A stretch of DNA of 64,000 nucleotides from an uncultured Nitrososphaerales archaeon. Its GTDB lineage: Archaea; Thermoproteota; Nitrososphaeria; Nitrososphaerales; Nitrososphaeraceae. The translations under genes and the position numbers were made by a program. Location: assembly GCA_963709405.1 (NCBI GenBank), contig CAVPXM010000026.1, positions 1-64,000 on the forward strand. The letters run 5' to 3'. Below the pieces are notes generated by a model that worked only from the letters and a program-made list of their open reading frames with translations, was not told the DNA's origin and ran no database searches. This document shows, in pieces, positions 12,333 to 23,960 of this stretch. The first letter of the stretch is position 1; every line of letters starts with the position of its first letter.

Positions 12333-13367
12333 TTAAAGCCAATCTGATAAAACTGGGTCGTATACTTTCTTCCTTGTATCATCTAAGCTATTTCGTTCTT
12401 TTACCAGACCCTGTTGCTTTAATTCATCAATTGCATTCTGGATTGTCCTTCTTGGTAAGTGAGTTAAGGAAATAAGTTCACTTTGTTCAATGGGATGTTT
12501 TGTCTTTATTATATAATAGATGAATTTAGAAGCGGGTCCACCTTCAGGTTCTTTGCGATTGTATGACACATCATATGATGACTTGGATAAAAAACCTCTC
12601 CTCTGTGCCTCGACTTCCGCGATAACGTCAGTACTAACTCCTGCAAGGTTTACACGTTGACCAAATTCTGCAATCATAGCCGATTGTTGATGTTCAAGTG
12701 GTGTTTCAAAAATAAAATTACTAGGAGGATACCTTGCAGTTAATGCCTCTATAAAGCTCCATTTAACGAGGCCTTTTTCATCATAAATGCCAACATTGAT
12801 ACCTTCATTTGCTTCGAGTATCACCTTGCTATTATTATTGCTATTGAAATTAGAATTTTTCTTGGATTCCTTTACTTCACTTGTTATTTTCATCAATTCT
12901 TCTATCTTTTCTAATGTCTTGTTGACTCCTAGTTGATGTCGTGGATCCTTTCTCCCGACTATCCAATGATATCCAAGGCCTTTTGATAAAATAATATCTC
13001 GAATCTTTTCTTTATGTTCAATATTTAGATCAATATTATTTTCGCCAATTTCTATTATGTCGAACCCATTTTTAGCGGCTTCTGTAACGAATCTATCGAT
13101 TGAATTTTCCACGATGGCATATTCTGTAATTGTACTTCCTGTTGAAACAAGAACATTGTACTCATGATAAAACTTTATTTTCTTTTGCAACAGAGTTTCA
13201 GGCATAAGTAATGGCAAAATACCGTAAATTTTTACGACGTCTATCATAGGAGAGAGGATTTCAAAATTATCGGCATCTGTACCTTGTAGCTTGTCTATAA
13301 CATAAGTTAAACCCTCTTTCCTAGGCTTTTTATCATCTACTCTACTCTTAACTAAATCATCGAGCAT
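12333..13367 (-). CDS. comA: Phosphosulfolactate synthase (ComA)-family protein with a C-terminal winged HTH
   Basis: KPRKEGLTYVIDK, GFDIIEIGE, VILEA, IFETP..Q..FGQRVNL. C-terminus LPRRTIQNAIDELKQQGLV..DTRKKVY. Confidence 0.85.
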   Translation of the reverse strand: MLDDLVKSRVDDKKPRKEGLTYVIDKLQGTDADNFEILSPMIDVVKIYGILPLLMPETLLQKKIKFYHEYNVLVSTGSTITEYAIVENSIDRFVTEAAKNGFDIIEIGENNIDLNIEHKEKIRDIILSKGLGYHWIVGRKDPRHQLGVNKTLEKIEELMKITSEVKESKKNSNFNSNNNSKVILEANEGINVGIYDEKGLVKWSFIEALTARYPPSNFIFETPLEHQQSAMIAEFGQRVNLAGVSTDVIAEVEAQRRGFLSKSSYDVSYNRKEPEGGPASKFIYYIIKTKHPIEQSELISLTHLPRRTIQNAIDELKQQGLVKERNSLDDTRKKVYDPVLSDWL

Positions 13368-13397
13368 TGAAACTCAAGATATATGCAGAATATAGAT

Positions 13398-13445
13398 TAA
13401 ATTCTTTTCTAGTGTTAAAAATAACCTGGGTATCCAGGGTGCAGT
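13398..13445. repeat. Repeat family B, left-arm copy
   Basis: aaattcttttctagtgttaaaaataacctgggtatccagggtg matches the reverse complement of 57732-57768 and 44535-44577. Confidence 0.8.
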
Positions 13446-13625
13446 AATGGCTCAATCGCCTGTTTCTTTTAGGTATCTTAATTATAGTGCAAGCTTCAGC
13501 AGTCCTTTATTCGGAGCAGTCCACATCAATATCTCACTACCATTATCATCCAAGTACCCGACAACGTTTCTAGCATATCTGTACGAATTTCAAATAAACC
13601 AGTACAGATTAGTACAGAAAAGTAA

Positions 13626-14648
13626 ATGAGTTCAATTCATACTTTTAATCTTGAAGCTATCAAGCCACAAGCTGTTTGTAATGGAGGCTCTCGAGCGATG
13701 GCTAATGAGAATAATTTCTCTTTACTTAAAGGAATGGCATTGTATTTGCTGCGACTAGACAGTGGTGGTATAAGAGAACCACACTGGCATCCAAATGCCT
13801 CTGAACTCAGCTACTGTTTATCAGGTAGAGCTCTTATGACCATCTTCAGCCCTGGAGCTGGACATGATACCTTTACTGTCGATACGGGTGAGCTTGTGTT
13901 TGTTCCTAAAGGCTATCTTCATCACATCGAGAATATCCATCACGGAGAAACTAAATTCGTTATTGCCTTTAACCACGAGAGTCCGGAAGATATTGGAATA
14001 TCTGGATCAACTGGTTCAATGACTGACAACGTACTTGGAGTCACATTTGGAGTTGAATCTGATTATTTTGGCAAATTCAAAAAATCTAGTCAAGATTTAC
14101 TCATAACCTCCAAATCCAATCCTTATAATACCACAACCACTTATCAGAAAATTCCTAATTACCACAAATTTAACCTTAAGGCTTTTCCACCTACGGTACA
14201 AAGCGGTGGAGGTACGGTTTCTCTAGGCAATGCCAATAATTTTGGGATTCTTAGTGGTCTTGCTTGTTATCTTCTGACTTTGAAACCTAAAGGCATACGG
14301 GAGCCTCACTGGCATCCTAATGCAGCCGAATTGGACTATGTCATAAGTGGAAGAGCGCGGATGACCATCTTCAGTCCAGGGGATAACGTGGATACGTTTG
14401 AAGTTGGCCCTGGTGAAATCGTTTTTATTCCCTCCGCGTACTTTCATTATATAGAAAATGTGAATGCTAGTGAAGATATGCAATTTGCAGTCTTCTTTAA
14501 CCATGAACGACCAGAAGACATCGGCATTTCAGGCGCCCTAGGTGCGTATTCAAATGACGTCCTAGGATCTGTTTTTGGTTTAGAGCCAAAAATCCTGGAT
14601 GCATTACCAAAATATCAGGAGGATCTCTTCGTTGTGTCTGGAGGCTAA
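13626..14648 (+). CDS. oxdC: Bicupin of the oxalate decarboxylase family
   Basis: Two IREPHWHPNA.E Mn-binding cupin motifs, each followed by a H-H/Y-IEN motif. Confidence 0.85.
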   Translation: MSSIHTFNLEAIKPQAVCNGGSRAMANENNFSLLKGMALYLLRLDSGGIREPHWHPNASELSYCLSGRALMTIFSPGAGHDTFTVDTGELVFVPKGYLHHIENIHHGETKFVIAFNHESPEDIGISGSTGSMTDNVLGVTFGVESDYFGKFKKSSQDLLITSKSNPYNTTTTYQKIPNYHKFNLKAFPPTVQSGGGTVSLGNANNFGILSGLACYLLTLKPKGIREPHWHPNAAELDYVISGRARMTIFSPGDNVDTFEVGPGEIVFIPSAYFHYIENVNASEDMQFAVFFNHERPEDIGISGALGAYSNDVLGSVFGLEPKILDALPKYQEDLFVVSGG

Positions 14649-14711
14649 TTAATTAATAGGCAGAATAACAATTGACAGTCCACCAGATCATGGTTGTTGA
14701 ATTAATCGTTT

Positions 14712-14850
14712 GGGCGCGCGCAAATGAATGCGCACATGACACGTTCCTAATGATGTTCTCCACATCGTTATTAGAAGACCCTATTTCCGATATTATTATG
14801 GTAGATTTTACAAGAATCCGATATTGTCCAATGGTTTAAACTTACTGGTT
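14712..14850 (+). repeat. Repeat family A, internally deleted copy
   Basis: gggcgcgcgc head, then catcgttattagaagaccctatttccgata..tccgatattgtcc. Confidence 0.65.
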
Positions 14851-15286
14851 GTAAACACGGTTCTACTCTAACCAACGAATAATAATTTTGATAATGACGC
14901 GAGTCGGCCGTCAGACCACGATCCAGGAAATTCTAATTCACTGCTAAGTCAACTGCTAGGCGAAGAATCTACAAACTATCGCTTTAGAATGAAACCTGAG
15001 GATTTAACTATCTCAGATACCGTGCTGTTTCTTGACCTCAGTCTGATTCTAGCATTTGCTTGCTTTGCCAAGCGCTGCTGCAGGAAAATTACTGGTACAG
15101 ATGTTCATTTTTGTTTTGGCAGTTGTTTTGAACACTGGGATCATACGTAGTTACACCGATTTATCGAATTTAGTAAGAGCAGTAATCAAAATTCAGAGAT
15201 GATCTGCCATTAATTGAAGCATCACTCTTACGGCTTAAGATGTCATCGTGTTATGTGATAGGTCTTATCTATCGTACTACATATTT

Positions 15287-15480
15287 AGCGCGGGCCTCAT
15301 GATAGAGATGCATATACATATAATGCTCTACCATCGATGTTCGTATATAACGAACAGTCCGTCTACACAGATGATGTCTCATCTTAGAGACTGTTATAAT
15401 CTGGCGTACCGCACATCTGTATCAGAGAACATTTTTCCGATATAACTATAGAGGGTTATTCAAATCTGAATTTGCCTAAC
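15287..15480 (+). repeat. Repeat family A copy
   Basis: gcgcgggcctcatgataga..gtctacacagatgatgtctcatcttagagactgttataatctg..tttttccgata. Confidence 0.85.
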
Positions 15481-15587
15481 ACGGATTGGCTAAAGAAATG
15501 TATTGCCAATCTCACTTTGTAATATGTCCGACATATGTTAGAACGAAGAATAATGTATTTCTCAATTCAAAAGCCTCAATTTATTGA

Positions 15588-15857
15588 TCAAAATTTAGGC
15601 TTCAGAGTGCAGTCTGGGGGTATAGGTCCTTTATCAGGACAGGCAGGAGGAGTCGGACCATTATCGCGCATCAATGCCTTTTGATTATCGCTTGCATGAC
15701 CAATAGCTGTTAGTCCAGTAGCATTTTTTGGTTTAGTACTGACACAACAACCATCGCAATATTTAGGACATGGATTCGATTTAAGTGCAAATGTAGAGCA
15801 TGAATAAAATGGCATGATAAGCGAAACAGCAATCACAGATAGCGTGATATATCTCAC
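15588..15857 (-). CDS. Small secreted Cys/Pro-rich protein
   Basis: Signal-peptide-like N-terminus, CPKYCDGCC and PPACPDKGPIPPDC. Confidence 0.7.
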   Translation of the reverse strand: MRYITLSVIAVSLIMPFYSCSTFALKSNPCPKYCDGCCVSTKPKNATGLTAIGHASDNQKALMRDNGPTPPACPDKGPIPPDCTLKPKF

Positions 15858-15949
15858 TCTTTATTAGTATAGTATTCAAAGCGGGGTTGGGGCGATTACC
15901 AACTCTTGTAGTAAGTTAGTTTAGCCAACTATCTTATACACAAACAATT

Positions 15950-16330
15950 TCATGACTCAAAACCTTGAACACTTACTGTGTCAATATCCATCCAGATATT
16001 AGTTCCAGTGTAAATGAAGCTCTAAGCCAAGTGATCCTACCTAGAATATTCTTCATCCCGCATGCATGATAACTATAAAGTTTGTATAGTTCCAATAAAC
16101 TGGGTTAGGTCCACTAATGTTAGAATCGTCTTTAACATAAGTAACTATACCATTAGTCGCAGCAAGTTACTGGAGTATTTTCTGGAACAAGGAAATCTAT
16201 TGCATTTCGGAGTTTCCCTATATGAGCTGGGGAAGAGGTCTTATCTATTCTTTCTAACAAATTCTCCGGTACCGGTAATCTATAACGGTTAACAGCCCTC
16301 CTTTCCAAGCCACGTCCTCAAGCTGTAGAC
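15950..16330 (-). pseudogene. M23-family metallopeptidase remnant
   Basis: Manual translation YRLPVPE..SPAHIGKLRNAIDFLVPENTPV/LAATNGIVTYVKDDS..NFIVIMH, with frameshifts and stops. Confidence 0.7.
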
Positions 16331-16971
16331 ATTCAGGCTTGATAAAATCCTATCTATCATCTGCTATATTTTGGAACTCGTTATTTTTCTTTCTTTAACC
16401 TTACAATAGATCGTAATTTATTTCGTGTGCTGTCTGAGCAAGATTCTTACCTGGTTAATGTGTTATTGTACAGTACCAGCAAGCAAAAGGATACATTCAC
16501 GTCATAAGTCTAAGGCTTATCTTTTTAAAGGCCTCATCTAGACAAAACCGTGAGAGGGAGTTTTTACCAGTCATGGTACTAGAGGTCTTGTCGCTACTAC
16601 TAGTACACGGCTGAGATTTTGTCCCTATGTTTGATTCCATTTGCTTGCTGGAAATTGTTGCGTTACGTATTAACAACTAGTTAGCAATTTATCACTTATA
16701 TAGAGTAGAAAAATATTGCGCTATAAATATTACAGAAAAATCTTCCTCTGGACTTGAGAATTTGATATTGTCCGACATGTTGAAAATTACAATCTTGAAT
16801 CACAGGAATCGCATTATGTAATCTAGTATGTTATTAATCCTCGAATTATTATTAATCTAGTCGTTATGATACGATTGATAGTTCACAAATTATCTCTAGA
16901 CAAAAGACTCAAACTATTCGCCTATGTCAATAGGAAGTTCCTTATTTGAACCGTTAATTCTTAATTCTTTA

Positions 16972-17270
16972 TGTATCCTGACTCCATATAGAAAGTGTGG
17001 AGATTACAGAGATCATAAACGGTGAAAGCAATGTACTAGATACGTTTTTAAATTTTGTTTCTAAAGCAAAAAATCGAATAGATGCTTATGTTGATCATAC
17101 CCGTCCTGTATTAACAGTAAATATCGACCAAATAAAGAATTCAATTCTAGATGCAAAATGAGGAGTGATTAGAATGAGATGCATAACTGAAATCAATAAA
17201 GAGAACCTTTCTAGTTGTAAGGATCTACTTAACATAGTCGACGAACTTAGACACATTGATGGAATTAAAG
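16972..17270 (+). pseudogene. Remnant of the N-terminal sensor-type domain typical of Nitrososphaera histidine kinases
   Basis: KNRIDAYVDHTRP..(stop)..RCITEINKENLSSCKDL..ELRHIDGIK. Confidence 0.55.
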
Positions 17271-17343
17271 ACAAAAAAGATATTGGGAATTGCTGGTGCC
17301 GTTACCATCAAACCGTCCGCACCACAGACCGCCATGTGTATCT

Positions 17344-19008
17344 TCATCCACATAGTTGACTTCGTAATTGCCTGGCCATCTCAGCATGTAATCCACCTAC
17401 AGCCATATGTCTGTTAATTGCTTGATCGCATGCTCCTGAGTATTTATTGTTATCTTCTCCAGGACCAGAACTAAGGGCATTGACATTATTGTCATCGGGA
17501 CTACTCTTGACAAACCCATTACCACTTTGGCCATTTCCTGAAAACCTATCATTATTGCTCTTGCTATCGCCTGATTGAACTCCAATGACATTTACTGCAT
17601 TACCATCTCCCTGTATTTGGTTAGCTAGGTTTTGGCAATTAACATCAGAGGCGCCTTTTCCATTTCCACAAACGTTAGCCTGTGCGATTGCTTGGCTTTG
17701 ACCATGATGTCCATGTCCATTGTTGTCATTGCCAGCACCACCACCACCGCCAGCTCCGCTCTGTTGTACACCAATCTGTCCTGTCTGGCCATCATTACTA
17801 CCACTATTACTACCATGACCATGACCATCTCCTCCACCTGATTGAACTCCAATGACATTTACTGCATTACCATCTCCCTGTATTTGGTTAGCTAGGTTTT
17901 GGCAATTAACATCAGAGGCGCCTTTTCCATTTCCACAAACGTTAGCCTGTGCGATTGCTTGGCTTTGACCATCATTACTTCCATCCTTGTTATTACCGCC
18001 ACCTTGTACTTGATTTGCAATGTTCTGACAATTTACGTCACTTGCTCCGTTGCCATTTCCACAAACGTTAGCCTGTGCGATTGCTTGGCTTTGACCATGA
18101 TGTCCCTGTCCATTGTTGTCATTGCCAGCACCACCACCACCGCCAGCTCCGCTCTGTTGTACACCAATCTGTCCTGTCTGGCCATCATTACTACCATGAC
18201 CATGACCATCTCCTCCACCTGATTGAACTCCAATGACATTTACTGCATTACCATCTCCCTGTATTTGGTTAGCTAGGTTTTGGCAATTAACATCAGAGGC
18301 GCCTTTTCCATTTCCACAAACGTTGGATTGTGAAATCACCTGCACTTGGTCGTTATTGTTGTTATTGTTACCTCCGTTATGATTGTGATTGTTACGGTCG
18401 TTATTGTTGTGACCACTATTATGGTTATTGTTATTATTATCATTGTTACTAATTACTTCGAATGATGTACTAACAGTCTTTGCAGCATATCCGTTACCAG
18501 ATACCCTCGCCGCAACATCGAAGGTACCAGTATCTGCACTAGAACTAATTCTTACATTGAAAGTTGTTTGTCCGTTATCATCTGTATAAGAAGATCCTGT
18601 TGCCACTTTTCCCGAAGGAGGATCTATTGCAAGCCTAACAAGCGCATTATTAATCTTATTATTCGTATTTGCGTCTCTTACTATCACTGTAATCTTTTGT
18701 GTATCGCCTTGTTGTATCGGATCTTGATCGACGCTGACCCTCGTTTTAAGTTGTTTTGCCGCATAAGCTTTGTTATCCTCTTGGCCAGTTCCATTAAGAG
18801 GATTGAAGGGCAACAAATACAATTGTGCAAAAATGGAACTGCATAAAATCATGGACATTACAACTAATGCAATTGACGAAGCTATCGGAGTATTATTTGC
18901 ATGTATCTTTCTAACTGAATTTAAATTAGTCAATATTTTATGTCTAGGAATTGGACAGCATAATTTTATTAAAGATTTAAGAATATGATTTTCATATTCG
19001 AAATACAT
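17344..19008 (-). CDS. Exported protein with a TM/signal segment, an Ig-like domain and Gln/Asn/Gly-rich Cys-bridged repeats
   Basis: Hydrophobic segment at about aa 44-65, beta-sandwich-like region at aa 85-185, four NVCGNG.GASDVNCQN.ANQ repeats. Confidence 0.85.
   Translation of the reverse strand: MYFEYENHILKSLIKLCCPIPRHKILTNLNSVRKIHANNTPIASSIALVVMSMILCSSIFAQLYLLPFNPLNGTGQEDNKAYAAKQLKTRVSVDQDPIQQGDTQKITVIVRDANTNNKINNALVRLAIDPPSGKVATGSSYTDDNGQTTFNVRISSSADTGTFDVAARVSGNGYAAKTVSTSFEVISNNDNNNNNHNSGHNNNDRNNHNHNGGNNNNNNDQVQVISQSNVCGNGKGASDVNCQNLANQIQGDGNAVNVIGVQSGGGDGHGHGSNDGQTGQIGVQQSGAGGGGGAGNDNNGQGHHGQSQAIAQANVCGNGNGASDVNCQNIANQVQGGGNNKDGSNDGQSQAIAQANVCGNGKGASDVNCQNLANQIQGDGNAVNVIGVQSGGGDGHGHGSNSGSNDGQTGQIGVQQSGAGGGGGAGNDNNGHGHHGQSQAIAQANVCGNGKGASDVNCQNLANQIQGDGNAVNVIGVQSGDSKSNNDRFSGNGQSGNGFVKSSPDDNNVNALSSGPGEDNNKYSGACDQAINRHMAVGGLHAEMARQLRSQLCG
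17570..18324 (-). repeat. Intragenic near-identical direct repeats
   Basis: A block of about 105 bp at ~17570, ~17838 and ~18218. A second block at ~17660-17803 and ~18052-18195. Confidence 0.9.
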
Positions 19009-19273
19009 AATAATCTAATAAGGCGAGAATGTAGAATTAAATCATAGATGAAAGTAATCGAAAATGAATACTTCTCTTTCTATAGAATTATGATACAGAT
19101 TATTGATTGATATTAATACTTATCCCGCTCACTAGCATGCATATATTAAAATTTCATTTCCAAAATTGGAATATATTGGTAGTAACTAATGATATATATA
19201 CAACAATCATAAGCTAAAACGAAGAATAGTAAACAAATATTTTACAATGAATAATAACTAAAATAGTTTATAT

Positions 19274-20260
19274 TTGGAACTGAGCGTAAATGAACTATTG
19301 TTAACAGAGTCTCTACGTAGGAAGATCTGTAAATGTGACAGACCCAAAGCGTTTCTAGATACCATAGGAAAGAACAGCATAAGGACTAGAAGCAATTATG
19401 GAATCGCGCTAGTCCACTTACAGAGATTCCTTTACAATCGATTTAATGGAGAACATAATGTAGATTCTATTATCGATTTAATATCAAGTAATCAGATAAA
19501 TGTTTATGAGTTACTCGATAATTTTGTTTCCTTTGAAAGTATAAAGAAAAATCAGGAAAAAAATAAACCTCAGAGCATAAAAACTCACCTAGTAGGAATA
19601 AAATCATACTTTGCATATTACGATATAGATATCATACCATCTAAATTTAAAAGGAAAGTAAAGATGCCAAAAACCCTTAAGGAGAAGGAGGAGCCAATAA
19701 ATGCCGCAGATATTAGAAAAATCCTATTGTCGTGCAATAACCGCAGGCTTAAAACATATCTCTTGATTCTGGCCTCCGGAGGACTACGCGCAGTCGAAGG
19801 ATGTGCAATAAGAATAAAGGATATCAATTTTAAGGTCAACCCCACTATGATACGTATTCGCGCGGACTATACTAAAACAAGAGTTGCACGAGATATTTTC
19901 ATTTCAGATGAAACAACTCGATATCTTAAGCAATGGCTAGATTGGAAATATCGTGAGAGAGGCTTAAATCCCGATGATCTGATATTCAATACATTTAACG
20001 TAGAATCAAAGCCCGAGACTCTGTACGTAAAGTAGAAACAGAATTTACTAAAGTACTAAAGGTTGCTGGTTTAGACGACAGGAAAGAAGGAATGAGACGA
20101 AGGAAGATCACACTACATTCGCTAAGACGCTTTGTTAAAACAGTGATTTCTGATGAAGTTGGAGGAGACTATAGTGAATGGTTCTTGGGTCATAATGGCA
20201 GCGTCTATTATACTAAAAAAGAGTCTGAAAGAAGAGAGATATATCTCACTTCCTCTCTTC
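19274..20260 (+). CDS. Tyrosine recombinase/integrase, frameshift near 20030, C-terminus apparently truncated
   Basis: ASGGLRAVE (R), YTKTR (K), TLHSLRR (HxxR), FLGHNGSVYY (H/Y). Confidence 0.9.
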
Positions 20261-20377
20261 CTTTCTTCATTCCTCTAAAATGTATTTGTTGTGATATCTA
20301 GATATTGAGCATGATTTGATATATCTGATTATTCTGAAATTTGAGAAGCATAGATGCTGCAGTAGCTGGAGATGCCT

Positions 20378-20435
20378 ATAATAGAATTCAAAACTATCTC
20401 GGGTATCTAGGGTGTAAAACGCAAGGTCCAATTAT
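20378..20435. repeat. Repeat family B, right-arm copy
   Basis: tataatagaattcaaaactatctcgggtatctagggtg matches 57803-57840. Confidence 0.75.
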
Positions 20436-20439
20436 AGTC

Positions 20440-20635
20440 AATCGACTCCGCCAATTGATGGTATCTATAGATAGTAGCATATTAGTGGATGTAAACCAAA
20501 ATATTTAGGTCTATTAATATCTAGCAAGTTTTTAACATATCGGACAATATCTGATTCTAAGTCCGGTTTAGTTATCTCGGAAATGGTGTCTTCTAATAAC
20601 GATATGCAGCATATCAGATTATAAATATTTTCAGT
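20440..20635 (-). repeat. Repeat family A copy (3' part)
   Basis: ctatagatagtagcatattagt..ggtgtcttctaataacgatatgcagcatatcagattataaa, with the palindrome at 20601-20615. Confidence 0.85.
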
Positions 20636-20799
20636 ATTTAGTGTGAATTGACTTTACATGTATCTCCTGTCTTGTGTGTATTGCAATTTTCATATAGGTG
20701 ATCGTTACCATCTGAAGAGCATACACTGGGCCATATAGCCCACATTATGTCATCAAACTTCAAATATCATTTGACTCAGTAGCAGATTAAATTAGTCCT

Positions 20800-21395
20800 T
20801 AAATGACATACAACAGAATTTGATCTCAAGGACTCTTCACCCTACGGTACGCCTTACGCAGATTGGATAAAGAAGTGGTGGCAGTGGAATGTCTCTGTAC
20901 CCAAAGCAGAACATCCACAAACTAATCCAAAAACGGTTTGTGCGACGAAAGTATCAGGGCAAGTATCTTTCATAGTTCAGAGCTATCAAGGTCCCCAACA
21001 CTATTCATGTACAATTCCTGCCAAGAACGCTATTATGGTTCCTATATCAACTGGATCATGCACTTCAATCGAAGCGCACTCCACGAAACTGGCTGACCTA
21101 GTCAATTGCGCATCAAATGGTGACCAGCATCTCACATTCAAAGCGACACTCGATGGCGTACCGCTCAATAATCTTGAGAATAACTATGCCACAACCAATC
21201 TTTTTAATATGACGCTACCAAATGATAATTTCGAAAATCTCAAAGGTGGCACGTACCCGACAGGGGCTGGCGGTTACTTTGTTTTTCTAAAACCTCTTCC
21301 AGCTGGTGAACACATCTTACAGCAAGGGTCCTCAATCCTACCGATCTCTCCTTTAACTACGACTATGATGCATCATATGATTTAAAGGTTCGATA
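20800..21395 (+). pseudogene. Exported hypothetical protein (WWQW family), frameshifted
   Basis: PYGTPYADWIKKWWQW..CTIPAKNAIMVPI..GYFVFLKPLPAGEH. Confidence 0.6.
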
Positions 21396-21592
21396 AATCT
21401 GTAATGTTGCAATCACTGCAATCACAAACTGAGATTACCTGATTTCGAAATTATTATACTAAGACAGATCAGTGAGATCACAACGGCTATGTGACAATGG
21501 GTTAGCAATTTACATGGCCTATTTAATTATTCATTTGGCATCTCTAACGATAGGAGGTTCAGCGTTTCCTGTTTTTGGTCTCATTTATCACT

Positions 21593-22870
21593 TCAGCAAC
21601 ATATTCTTTGATTTCTATATCTGTGAGGGAAGTGGCAATACCAGTATCTTTCGGAATCACTCTCTGAAACAGCTTTCACTTTTCTTAGAACCCTTTCAGT
21701 TACTGTATTAGTCATTTCTGCGCTAGCAATGTTTCCGATGAAATTAACTTCAGCTTCCACTGATTTCCGGATAGATGCTCGAAGTTTGGAATCCTGAGAT
21801 ACAGAAATAGCAGATGAATATATCCCGAAAAATACCAAGTATGAAGATAATCCCATGAATGAAACTGAAAGTAGTCCAAATGGAGGAAATGGGCCAGTTA
21901 TTATTTCTTGAGGCCGATACGAAATTAATAGTAAGAGTAGACCGATTCCAGAAATAACTAGGTAGCCCATTACCTTTGCATTTTGGATCTTACGCGCTAC
22001 TAGCATAAAAGCTAGGCCAAACAGAATCCCACCTATAGGCGTGCTAACTTCAAGCATCAAAACATAAACAATACTGTAAAGCATTGGGTTTCCAGAACTA
22101 TAATCAAACAACATACTTGTCACCAAGGGTTGGAATTGACTTAGAAAGTAGAGTAGTGGAACAAGCATGATTATCCAGAACTTTATTGTGCCTAGCCTTT
22201 TCCGATAGCTTTGTAATAAAAGGACAGTTCCTAACCAAAAAAGTACGAACGTAACGCCAGAGGAAATAGTGTACAAGTCAGCCAATGATGAGTAATGAGT
22301 GTGCATAATAACTCCCCCATATGGGCTCGGTTGAATGACATCAGAGACGTAAGCTGAACTGATCTGATACATATACCATCCCAATAATCGCATTAATCGA
22401 AAGACTTAAGCTTGCAAATAGATAAGCAAATGTGATCCTACTCTTGTTCAATCTCAGCCATGTTATGAATTTGTACGATAATAGGCCCATAACTGCTACG
22501 GCGGTTACAGAACTTATCATGAATACCAATTCCAGATGAATAAGATAATATGAAAGCGTGAAGTTTATTTCAATCAGAATTATTACTAAAATAACAATAA
22601 TAGCCAATTGCGTCAAGCACCATTGCCTTATACATGATTCTTAGTATCGACTTTTCAAAAGGAACATTTCTTGTGTGAACAAAGTTCAAGATGATGAGCT
22701 GTGAAATGATACTTAATACGCTTAATGCAGAAAATATCGGGATATCATCAGCAGAATTGTGGGGAGTTGAAAATCCTGACACATTCACAATAGACACTTC
22801 AAGAACTAGGCAAATAATTAGCGCTGATACTACTCCAAAAACAGTCCAATAGTTGGACATCATTTTTATA
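21593..22870 (-). pseudogene. Multi-pass membrane protein split into three ORFs
   Basis: Consecutive hydrophobic ORFs 22570-22962, 22341-22616 and 21593-22393. Confidence 0.7.
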
Positions 22871-22927
22871 AATGTCATCCTCGAGTAGGATTGCCAGTCA
22901 GAGTCATTTCGAAAGCTAACATACTGA

Positions 22928-22990
22928 GGTAGATTGCAATCTTTTGAACGTTGCGCTCTCATAGCTTTGGAGTTAAGAAAAGTCGTCTCT
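22928..22990. repeat. Repeat family C copy 1
   Basis: ggtagattgcaatcttttgaacgttgcg..tttggagttaagaaaagtcgtctc, near-identical to 29299-29358. Confidence 0.85.
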
Positions 22991-23371
22991 GAACAAAGTT
23001 CTACGAAAGAGCTCGGGCAGGAGAAGTAGATTACACGTTAATCTATATACAAACAATTGAGAGGCAGAAGTAGAACGACTAGTCAAGATTGGGCAACCTG
23101 CTATCCATGGAGATATAGATGAAATGTCGGCCTTGTAACTACATTGTGGAACATGGTTTGATAATCTCTCTCGATGCGATACCTCTATCAGTAATTCAAT
23201 GTATTATATAGCTCAAGTTAAATTCTATCTATAATGTCAGCGATAGTTGATCTTGTGACCTCTTTGAATATGTACCTTTCAATAATTGAAGATTAAGGTG
23301 CCTAAATAATCATGATTACTCATCGCTAAATAATAATGAAAATAAGTTAAAGGATATTAACTAGTATCCTC

Positions 23372-23627
23372 ATGAAGATATATCTAACCTTGCCGATTTT
23401 CTTAGATGTTCATTCTATCGGAACATCGACTGAGGAGGATCTCATTAAAGCGCAGAATGCACCAAGAGATGAACTAGGAGTGAAAGGTGGTGAATATTCT
23501 CTACAATCTAGAAGGCGGAATGATTTATTGCTTGTTAGATGCACCAAGTAAAGAGGCAGTGGAAAAACATCACGGTAACATAGGTGTAAAATGCGACTGG
23601 ATAATGGAAGTAAAAACTACTCGATAA
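23372..23627 (+). CDS. DUF4242 / SCO4226-like small metal-binding protein, frameshifted
   Basis: PIFLDVH..LGVK / IYCLLDAPSKEAVEKHH..CDWIMEV. Absent from the ORF track. Confidence 0.75.
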
Positions 23628-23774
23628 ACATAAATTATATAATGACTTTGAGCCAACACCTAATTTGTATATCTCAGTCAGGGCGCACACGCACTTAAGT
23701 TTCCAGTTACGGTGATCAATTATACATAGAATGCAAAGCATATCTCAGGCATTCCCATAATTGTACCTAAATCA

Positions 23775-23960
23775 GACTATATCGAATATAACATCAGATC
23801 CAGAATGAAGTCGAAAAAAGTGTCTTATAATACGATATGCAGCGTATCACGATTATAAACATTCTTAGAAACTGAGGTATCATCTGTGTAGACTGACGGC
23901 CCTGTGATTAACAGATAATGATGATAAAAATTTATGCGTATGTCTAACATAAGGCGCGCC
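23775..23960 (-). repeat. Repeat family A copy
   Basis: aaaagtgtcttataatacgatatgcagcgtatc..attataaacattct..atctgtgtagactgac..ggcgcgcc. Confidence 0.85.

Noticed and set aside
17397-18239. Repetitive ORFs MSLEFNQ.. and MAINIRG..
   Set aside because: Alternative-frame or antisense shadows of the repeat protein 17344-19008.
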